A stretch of DNA of 27,860 bases from Oopsacas minuta. Lineage: Eukaryota > Animalia > Porifera. The stretch lies in assembly GCA_024704765.1 (NCBI GenBank), contig JAKMXF010000068.1, positions 1-27,860 of the forward strand, read 5' to 3'. Positions within the stretch are counted from its first letter, which is position 1. Each line of letters begins with the position of its first letter. This document shows, one piece after another, positions 18,881 through 27,860 of this stretch. The translations under genes were made by a program, and so were the position numbers. The notes under the pieces are model-generated. The model was given only the letters and a program-made list of their open reading frames with translations, ran no database searches and was not told the DNA's origin.

Positions 18881-20346
18881 GTGCCGTACGCGGACCATTT
18901 AAAGAGTTACAGTCTCCAAAAATTATATCTTTGTAAGTTGACAGAAATTCTTTTCCTGCCATAGCAGGATGATTATATACATTATATGCTATGACCTATA
19001 CCCTATGGAGGATCACACTTTGGGTCAGACCACATTTTCATCCGTGCGATGTTACTGAATCAAGTGGGAGGCTTAGTTCACCCAATGAGGAAATTTACCC
19101 CCACTCTAGTGTATAGTAGCCCCTAAATTCGCGAAAATACCTCCTCTAAGTTACTATACATATAGTATTTCCCTGAAATCTCTTCGAGGGTTGAATAAGC
19201 CTCGGGGGGCTAGAAATGACTCTATGACTTGTGAATAATTTACCACCACCCTAAAAATAATTCTATTCATATAAGTAGTATAGATGTGTTCAGTACTAAA
19301 TGGCAATACATACAGACACACTATATGCTAACGAGTTTGTTCACCCTGTTCACTTTTGCATAGTATATTTCCACGTATTTCTTTCTAATAGATGTCTATA
19401 TAATTAACCATCAAACTGGAATTCAGGTTCAATTCTCTAACTATACTATTAATACGCAATTAATCTATACTAACGCGATTCGTTTGCTAGGTCCCTGCGT
19501 GACAGCTTAGTGCTCCAGGTTAGCTTAATTATTGCACAGCTAAATTTTATAGTGTTATTGTTCACTACGCGACAGAATATACTCAGCACTACGTGCATGG
19601 AATTCACAGAATATTTTAATATTTATTATCCAAATTACAATAACTGGCCTTCTGTGGTGACAGACGCTATGTCGCTTTGTGTTGGTCGGATGTCAAGAAA
19701 TTGTGAAGTTTTTGGAAATTTAGAAAGTATATTTGTACAGTCATGATGACGTGATAATCCCATGATGAGTTAGCTTTTGGTCAGAATCATGACATCAGGA
19801 CATTTGCCACATTGTAGGGTATCCGTGATTCAAATTTCAAACTTCTGTCATGTATATTGGCTGAGCAGTCGCTAATAATGTGATTTTCAAAATCCAAAAA
19901 TGTAACAATGACTTCATGGTTAGTCATGGGTGTGAATTTTCGTCCAAGATTCGAACTTGTCCGAGCCAGGCCCAAAATACCCCTGTATGCCAAAAATCAG
20001 CCCTGGGGGTGTTCCAGTTTCTTCAATCAATTCTGGACATACAAAGATTTTCAGTAGACATTAATACGTACACTAGGGGACTACCAAAATTCGTACTCCT
20101 TATCAGGAGTACGTATCATCCGAACTAATTTACATTGAAAAGGCATCGAAGAGGACTGATAAAGTGTAAAAATTTGTACTCCTTACTGTGTTCGTATAAA
20201 CGAGACTCTACGTGATCTATTTGAACGTATTATACGTCTAGGTTAACCTCGAAATATCAGATTTTGACATTGTAGACTTGTTTAAGTCACATAGTTATCA
20301 AGTATTATATAATTTGGTCAACTGTACTGAGATTTCTCATTAATGA

Positions 20347-21096
20347 CAGAGGTCAACAAAAAATATTTTGTTTCTGTGTTGCCGAAGATTTTAGGTTAAA
20401 TTTAGACTATATTTGCTGTGCTGAGTTCGAAAATAACATCGGCTTTGCTGGATTGGCTCTTGATTTTGGTCCACATTTATGTTTATATTGTTAATTACCT
20501 TTTACAAATGTATATTCGATTTAATCAATACTTTTATAATTATAAGTATCTAGCAGATTCTAACTCTATGGCATCATCAAGAAGAAAATGTTCTAATGAT
20601 CCTAATACGTTCTGTTACAGATGTGGTGAATATACGTTGAAAGATCAGAGAAGAGGTATCCCAGACTTTGTGCGAAAGGCATACTTTGATTACTTCAAGG
20701 TGAAGCTTGGAGACCAAGACAAGCCATGGGCTCCGCATATTGTGTGTAAAACATGTAATGAATATATTCATAGAGAAGAAGGATTACCACACTACTTTAG
20801 CCAACAAGAAGGCCTCGTCTTTTGCAATGACATTGAAGGACTTCTCCTGGAAATGGGAGTACCACAATATAAACCAGAAGATTGGCGTCTACTCATTGAT
20901 AGTTCTAAGAGAAGCTTGAAGTGCGTTTTATTGCATAATGGAAATAAATATGCATCTATTCCAACTGGACATTCAACAAAGCTTAAGGTGGAGTAGGAAA
21001 ATATTTAAATGGTATTGCAAAAATTGAAATATCATGAACACCAGTGGTTGATATGTGTTGATCTCAAGATGGTAAACTTTCTACTTGGCCAACAAG
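20347..21096 (+). mobile_element. 5' part of an internally deleted Chapaev3 transposon (transposase pseudogene from ATG at 20568)
   Basis: Chapa domain (RKCSNDPNTFCYRCGEY...AYFDYFKVKLGDQDKPWAPHIVCKTC) fused directly to the catalytic region (WRLLIDSSKRSLKCVLLHNGN...QWLICVDLKMVNFLLGQQ). In-frame stops near 20994 and 21006. Putative left TIR at 20347. Truncated by the N at 21097. Confidence 0.85.
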
Positions 21097-21097
21097 N
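21097..21097. other. Single-N scaffold gap
   Basis: The N joins the middle of a Chapaev3 ORF to the middle of an unrelated Tc1/mariner-superfamily ORF. Confidence 0.85.
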
Positions 21098-21509
21098 GTA
21101 TCACAAGATTGGTTGTCAACGAATTTACCAGGCTTTTTATCCCGTATCGATTGGCCTCCTGCAAGTCCAGATCTAAACCCTTGCGACTATTATTTATGGG
21201 GGAGATTAGAGGAATTAGTGAATAATAGAGCATACGATAATATTCCAGCACTTAAACGGGCTTTATCCAAAGTTTGGTCTGAATTAGACAAAGATGAAGT
21301 AGCTCGGGCCTGCAATTTGTTCCCAGACAGAGTGAGAAGTTGTCTGAAGGCCCGAGGGAATAGATTTGAAATGAACTAGATTCAAACTGTATTGAAATTA
21401 TGAAATTAATTATAGTTTATTAATCTTAGTCAGCCTTTAGAGTTGGTACTTCCCTTTTATGTATTCAATGAATATTTCCATTTTGTTGCAGAACTTTTGT
21501 GTCACCCTG
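21098..21509 (+). mobile_element. 3' part of a Tc1/mariner-superfamily DDxD (maT/DD37D-like) transposon
   Basis: QDWLSTNLPGFLSRIDWPPASPDLNPCDYYLWGRLE...KARGNRFE, with Asp as the third catalytic residue. Right TIR ...gaacttttgtgtcaccctg followed by TA (21510-21511). The D-D spacing cannot be counted because the 5' part lies in the gap. Confidence 0.85.
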
Positions 21510-22011
21510 TACTTTTAAAAGAACAATTCCTTACATATGGAGTAACTTGAAAGTGCTAAATTTGAAATCAGCGTACTCGATTAACCCAGTAAAACACTTG
21601 AAACCAAGTTTCTGAGACTATTTTGAAATTTGTTTACTTTAAAAATACACCGAAGCAATACCTAATATTTCGAATACTTTGATAACAATATAATAATTGA
21701 ATTCAGCGTATTCCATTATTCACTTGGTAACAATGTTCGGGATAACATTATTCTCTAAGGAATCATGTTCGAGTTAAAATAATTCACGGGAATACTATTC
21801 ACTGAGACGCCGGTTCGGTGTTTCAGTTTGGACTCGGACTAGAGACAGGTTAGAAATAATTGAGTGCTTTTGCATATTGTTTATTAATAGAATTCTAAAA
21901 TAAGGTTTTCTTCTCTTGAATGAGAGACACGATATACTGTTTGGTCATTTCACTTCCTCTAGCGAATTCTTTCCCTACTCTTTTATGGTATGCAATTTTG
22001 AAATTGTCGCA

Positions 22012-22291
22012 TAACTATGTATAAATCTTGTTTATCAAGGAAGTAAATATAATTCAATAAAAAGCACTAAAAATATCGAACTGCTGAATCCGATTTTCAC
22101 ACTTTTGGATTAATCAGATGTAAATTTATTGTTGTTTTTATGAATATAAAGTAAACAAATTGTTGAAATATTAATTTATTTATTCAATTTTGCAATTTTA
22201 TACCTCGTTAAGTTCCAGGCTAGAAGTGACGAGTCCCATGCGAACACTTTATATTCTCAAGCCGCGCAGCGCGAGCAAGCGAAGCGCCTCG
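22012..22291 (+). mobile_element. Non-autonomous Helitron, copy 2
   Basis: The 22032-22159 core is shared with copy 1. The 3' end is gccgcgcagcgcgagcaagcgaagcgcCTCG|T. The 5' boundary is approximate. Confidence 0.65.
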
Positions 22292-22722
22292 TTCGTAGAA
22301 AATTCGAATGAGTACACTCCCTTCTATTTCTTTGAGATATTTTAAAATATATAAATACATGAATGAAGAAATAATCAAGCAAAATTATACGTAAAGAACA
22401 AAAATGTCCTACAGACAGACAGGGATTGCAGCTTTGGGCCATCACTCATATCTTGACCTATTAATAAGTGTAAGAGCGAGGGTTCAAAAGAAGCACTATG
22501 CTAAAATATACCAACTTGGGAGAGACAGGAATATTGGGCAGAAGTATCCTCTCTAGAATGGGAGCGTGACGAATTAAAAACAGAATTACAGTTGCTTAGG
22601 GTGGAAGTTGCCGAACTTTGGTAAACCGAAATAAAACTCTTAAAAAATGTGTAAAAGGATATATTTTTTTGCTAAATAAATACTCCAGTCTTGTATTCTT
22701 ATATTGATAACCAATTTAATTA

Positions 22723-22851
22723 AGCCCCCCATACACGATGCAACTGTTGCATACAAAATGTTGCATGCAACAGGCAACATACACGGTACAACAATGTTGC
22801 ATGATATTAGTACAATTTCGTGCAACATTGTTGTACCGTGTATGGTGGGCT
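22723..22851. mobile_element. PIF/Harbinger-type MITE with a nested perfect inverted repeat
   Basis: tta|agccccccatacacg ... cgtgtatggtgggct|ttta gives near-TTA flanks. Perfect 24-bp inverted repeat at 22778-22801 and 22821-22844. Confidence 0.65.
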
Positions 22852-22950
22852 TTTACACGTTGCATGGCCATATCTCGGAAAGTATTGGTCCGTCATACAA
22901 GTTCAAATTGCAGAGAATTAGGTCATACCCCAGCTGTTCTCTTTAGGTTT

Positions 22951-23602
22951 CTAAATAAAATTAATTATGCTGAGCGCCTCAACATACGTAATCTCCCTGC
23001 TGTTTGTATCTATATTGAGCTGTAGATCTGAACCTTTAGAGCATATACATTTGAGGATAACTTCTAGTGTTATGTTATGGATAAGTAGAACAAACTCTAT
23101 TGGCTCTTTCCCATTGCTATCTCGATTGATGACTTCCATCATCCTATCACTGGATTTATTCATTATCTTTTTTTGACGAAGTTTATTAAACTTTGATATT
23201 AGAATGTCGGAGTTAATAATTTCCAGTTCCTCTTCCAAATTACTCCTTCACTGAGTACCAGTTCATTCCAACCAAGGTTCCATCATGTAATTGAATATTA
23301 TTATTTGATTCTACTTGATTGATTTCCTGCTGTGCTACCTCTGGTCCTGTTACCATAATACTGAAAATTGGACCATATATCATCCTACCTAATCTGGGAT
23401 AATCCTTGATTGTATTTTCCATATTTGTGAGAGATTTTCTATTAAATTTCATAAATTTCATTCGGAAAATAGGATGATCTAGTTTAGGTCCTGGTAGCCT
23501 TCATCTTATATCGCTATATCGTGTCACGAAGCGGAATAACTTGGCGAGTAAGTATAACCCATAACTCAGAAGTAGAATCCAGCACAGTGAGTACAAGCTT
23601 GT
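22951..23602 (-). pseudogene. Cytochrome P450 (CYP4-clan-like) pseudogene, N-terminal third
   Basis: SLYSLCWILLLSYGLYLLAKLFRFVTRY (TM anchor plus basic patch), a stop at 23501-23503, then RLPGPK.HPIF (proline motif) and YPRLGRMIYGPIFSIMVTGPE. A stop and frameshift follow near 23240, then IMNKSSDRMMEV..ITLEVILKCICSKGSDLQLN..YVEALSIIN, resembling CYP4A MTLDTIMKCAFSHQGSIQVD..YIQAISDLN. No I-helix, ExxR or heme motif was found. Confidence 0.7.
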
Positions 23603-25728
23603 CTATCGTATAAATATTTTTGTACAGTATTTAGCATTTTACTATTCATGTAATGAACGCTATCAACATGTGTAGTTTTTAGAAACAGATTCAGATTTCA
23701 CTAAGTTTTATATCCCCTAGATTCTAGTACAAGACTGAATGTTTATATTGAATTATTACTACGCATACGCATAATTGTGTTTGAGTGTAAAGTTCATTAT
23801 TTGCGTAGTCTAGATAAATTTAATTACCTACGATTTACAGAGTTGTAATTACTAATTACTTCCATCTGATACCTCATATCTTTTATCAAGTTAAATGTGA
23901 AATAGCCAACCAAATTAAGGATAGCCCAGTGGAACCTTTGTAATGATTCTGAATAGCATACATACTTAAGTTTGTACTTTCGGTATCTCATTAACCCTCG
24001 GAGAGCAGAATTTAAAATTACGAGGATTTTTCTTCAATAAGCTGCGTCATCTTCACACTTCGAACATAATTTATTGGAAATTTAAGTCCAAATTTATGCA
24101 ATGTATGTTAGCGTAATCGTGGAAATTTCAGTCATTTCGATCTCATAGCTTCGTCAAAACTCAGTGCTATTTAAAGGGACGGATCATGGGTGTGGAGGAT
24201 GCTGGGCGCCAGCAGAGGCCCCCTTCAACCGTTGCCGATCCAAAAGAAGTTTGAGATAGCAGGGACATTTTTACGATAAAGTTGCCTCACTCTTCTTTCA
24301 TTTTTGGCTCTGCGTTATGGCGCCCCGCTACTACTTCAACGTCAAGAATCCATGCAAAAATAATTACGGTGTATTTTCTGTTGGTTCCAGGAATTGTATT
24401 TCGCCATGTCTGAGCTATAGGACATTACAGCAGAGTTAATTAAGAAATTTCAAGTTTCTCTTCAAGATGGCTATGATATAGATGTCAAGGTGAAAGTAGT
24501 ATTGTCACCTACTGACAATCTGCCTCTCGTATTCAGGCGTTTGTAGAAGTAATTGTATTACATACATATAGTATAGTATTCAAATTCTAACGAAGTGCTC
24601 AGGCTCGAACTTTTAGTACAAGAAGCACAGAAAAGAGTTTTGGATTTTAACTTTATGATAATAAAGGGTTATTCTATTAATCAGGATCCACCTTATTTTA
24701 GAATTTTATTAATAAACAAAATGTCAAAGCCCTCAATTATTTCTAACTTGTCTGTAGTTCTAGTCCAATCTGAAAACCGAACTGGCGTCTCAGTGAATAG
24801 TGCCTTGAATTATGTTCGCTCGAACATGATTCCCTAAAGACTAATGTTACCCCGAACATATACCTAGCGCGGTGGCTTATCCAGGAGATATTTGGTGTTC
24901 AAACAACCTCCTCGTAACTGATTTCCAAAAGAGATATGTTATTATTTATAATTCCATTTTCCTTAATAAGCGCAGAGCTTCTGGAATCTTATTTACAGAA
25001 TGCTATCCAATTTTCACAATTACATTTTCAACGAGTTTTCGAGATGATATCGTACAAGACTCCAGATGACTAATCACTAATGTATTAGCAGAGTAAATTT
25101 GTATTGACTAAATAGATTATGTTATCTGAAAATAAGCATCTAAACACCTAAACATCTAACAACTTTGGTACAACTGCACAATATTACACTCCTACTATGT
25201 GACTAGAGTAGCTGTGAAAATTCTCCTAAAGAACCCCTGTGGACGCAAAATTGCCTATGCTAGAGAATTCTATACACTAAGGTAATGGTGGGTACTAAAA
25301 TTTTGAACCAGGGATTAATTGGATACCTCAATATTAACATAGATAAATTCTATTTGTCGCGACAGAATTAAAATCGTGCATATTGATGATTTATTGATAT
25401 TTGACAATACACACAGTCTATATCTACAAAGTATTTGTGGGCTGAAATGAAGTCATCTGCTTGCTTACTTAGCTATTATGTCAAAGAAATGCTCCAATGT
25501 TAAAATTCTGTAATAAATTAATTACTAGTTTAATACATTTAACATTTCTAATTTTGTATGATGTAATCAAAGGATATTTTCACCTAAATATCAATAATAT
25601 GTCATGATAAAGCTCTCGTGGTTTACTGATAATTATAGTAGTGACCATGCATGGCATATTTTGCCAATATTTACCAAGATCAGAGAAATCATATCAAAAT
25701 GAATTATCAAGGTATGGGAAGTCGGGTA

Positions 25729-26458
25729 CAGTGGAACCTAAAAAACCAAAACTCGGGATGTGAAAATTATGTCAGTTTAGCACATTGTCAGATTGTGCCA
25801 GGGGGTCACTAGGTGAAGGTATTTACCCATAGGGTACTTCATTGAAAAATACATTTTTGGACCTACCCACCACTACCCCTCACGAAGTACCGATACTTCG
25901 CCAAATTCTCGCATTTGACCCCTACACCACCCCTGAAATTCCTATAATTCGTTGCTCTTTGAATCTCAAACTTAGTACTGTTTAGATTTAGTATGGATTT
26001 TTGTCCCAATGTAAGTTAATATTTGAATTTCTATAACTTTCATATGTAATTAAAGTGATTTGTAAAATACTAGTAAGCAGCTAATTTATTTAAAGATTTC
26101 TACTTCTTTCTTTTCTATCAGAATATATACCTCTATGCAAGAGTGTTTAACATTGTAATTAGCTAGTTATAATTGGTATAACCAGGTATAAGTCAATTTG
26201 TTCAGTGTTATAGGACAAATTATGCTAACAAAACTGTGAATATATGTTAGCTACAATGATGTGGGGTTAACTGGATGTATTGCAGAAATTAGGAACAAAT
26301 AATTAAGTTATACACAATTAGTTACTACGTACTGAGTGAATCAGTAACATTATGAGTGACCCCCCCTGATTATGAAGGTGAAATTGTATTGTCGGAAGCC
26401 ATTTCAGATCCGAAACACTTCCGGATTATACATGTGTCGGTTTGCGCAGGTTTCACTG
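25729..26458. mobile_element. Putative CAGT-TIR, TA-target MITE
   Basis: ta|cagtggaacct at 25727 and aggtttcactg|ta ending at 26460 (10/11 inverted match). An inner inverted pair gggggtcact/agtgacccccc is also present. It could be two separate fragments. Confidence 0.45.
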
Positions 26459-26789
26459 TATATACTATGTGTGTAAGTTGATTTGACCATAACAATGAAG
26501 GTTATCAAGTAAAAATATGCCATCAATGGTCACTACAATAACACTGAAACGCGGGAACTTTATCATGACAAAATTTGGATATATTGTGCAGCAACCTTCC
26601 TAGATCCCATGGTATAAAATTTGAAATGTTAAGTGTATTAATTGACTCATTACAGAGTTTTAACATTGGAACATTTCTTTGACTTAATCGCTAAGTAAGC
26701 AAGGTATTCAATCAATCCCAGGTCCCAATTTTCAGTGATTACCATTGCCTTAGTGTATAGAATGCACTCTCTAACAGTCACGTTTAGAG

Positions 26790-26979
26790 GGAGGTCCCGC
26801 TTTTTCGAACATGTGTTGAGGGCCAATAAGACTAATGTCCAGCCAAAACCTGCCAAAAACCTTAATTGTCCCGTTTTTTGTAGTCCAGTCTAATACAAAT
26901 TATATGCTATATCCCGCGATGTCCCGCTAAATTAGTACCTTCTGTCCTGCTTTATTCTTCACTCAGGTTGGCAAATATG
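26790..26979. mobile_element. Right-end fragment of a hAT-like element
   Basis: Repeated (t/g)gtcccg subterminal motifs and a terminal caggttggcaaatatg (reverse complement catatttgccaacctg). No partner TIR found. Confidence 0.35.
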
Positions 26980-27315
26980 AATGCTATGCCTAGAGATTTT
27001 AATGAATTCTGCGCTTTAATTGATGCTAGAACAATTAATGATATTATTACAGGTCTGGATTCGGTTCATCGGTTAACCACCACTATAACCAACTAACTGA
27101 ATATTGTCGTTTCCATCAATTTATTCATTATTTCTATGGTTTTGAGATGTACAGAATGATAAATAAACGAATCCGGTTGGTAAAGTAATTTTGCTGTTAC
27201 ATTTTTGGTTCGTATACAAATTTCAATCATTTTGCCAGATAAAATCTCATCACTTTTGCATTCGCGTATGTAATAACTATCGATGGATTTTTGTCCAAAA
27301 CATAAGTTATTTGTA

Positions 27316-27389
27316 CAGTAAAACCTCCAACAAATGAACACCTCCAAAATATGAACACTTTTCTCGGTCCCGAATTTCTCCCATTGTTC
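27316..27389. mobile_element. Left-hand part of the MITE whose right part is at 9530-9928
   Basis: ta|cagtaaaacctccaacaaatgaacacc TIR and subrepeat, cut at a TA (27390-27391) by the mariner TIR. Confidence 0.75.
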
Positions 27390-27391
27390 TA

Positions 27392-27860
27392 CCAGGTTGT
27401 CCAAAAAGTTCGCGGAATTGCAAATATATTTTATTTATCAATGATCATACTCAACTAATTATTGTTCATAGTTTTCAATAAATTCACCCTTAACCTCGAT
27501 ACATTTCTTCCATTTTGATGGGAGTTTATTTATTCCTGTGGTGACGAATTCTTTCAGGGGTACCTTGAATCCATGAATTTACAGCGAACTTAAGGTGCTC
27601 AAAATCGCTGAAACGTTTACCTCTAAGTGGTCTTTTCATTTCTGAAAAAAGCCAGTAGTCGCTGGGCGCTAGATCTGGGCTGTATGGGGGATATGGGAGT
27701 AATTCGAACCCTAAATGTTGAATTTCATCCAAAGTTCGCCTGCTGGAATGGGCTGGAGCATTATCATGCTGAAGCAAAACATGAGAACTCAACTTGCCAC
27801 GCCTCTTAGACTTGATAGCTTCGCGCAATTTCTTCAGAACTTGAACATAGTATTCAGTAT
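27392..27860 (-). mobile_element. 3' part of a mariner (DD34D) transposon with a frameshift; runs off the window end
   Basis: LLQHDNAPAH...YSPDLAPSDYWLF with exactly 34 residues between the two Asp. A frameshift near 27545 gives ...GINKLPSKWKKCIEVRGEFIENYEQ with the stop at 27459-27461. 28-bp TIR at 27392-27419 with TA outside. Confidence 0.95.

Noticed and set aside
19439-19490. Third Helitron 5' end (ctatactattaa)
   Set aside because: A 12-bp AT-rich match with no downstream core or 3' hairpin.
21512-21640. Right end of the Chapaev3 element at 20347
   Set aside because: Only generic resemblance to transposon subtermini; no CAC/GTG terminus matching the left TIR.
23991-24010. piggyBac-like end TTAA|CCCTCGG and Kolobok-like TTAA|AGGGAC near 24171
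   Set aside because: No partner TIR or second TTAA-flanked end found and no transposase; too short to call.
1-27860. tRNA, rRNA, snRNA or SINE genes
   Set aside because: I found no convincing A/B-box pair, cloverleaf or known RNA motif by eye; tRNAscan-SE/Infernal would be needed to exclude them fully.

Overview
AT-rich eukaryotic DNA, most likely from an invertebrate animal (species not determinable from sequence alone). A minus-strand two-gene island sits in a dense field of decayed DNA transposons. The island holds an intronless, divergent POT/PTR2 (SLC15-like) transporter (10136-12079) and a two-exon GNPTAB, GlcNAc-1-phosphotransferase alpha/beta (17586-16912 + 16435-13625, 1161 aa). The TE relics are AcademX, hAT, Chapaev3, maT/DDxD, mariner DD34D, two Helitron copies and many MITEs. 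There is also a CYP4-clan P450 pseudogene fragment, a 27-28 bp minisatellite and a diverged duplicated segment. Two single-N gaps (9363, 21097) and an exact 19-bp Tn5/Nextera mosaic end (9336-9354) mark scaffold joins. The most striking structural signal is that the two halves of one mariner-in-MITE insertion, and possibly of one Chapaev3 element, occur in permuted order across those gaps. This suggests the three contigs are scaffolded in reverse order, or that a composite element has been duplicated. I find no strong evidence for a wholly new biological system. The best biological lead is the POT-family transporter that lacks the ExxER proton-coupling motif and the TM4 lysine.
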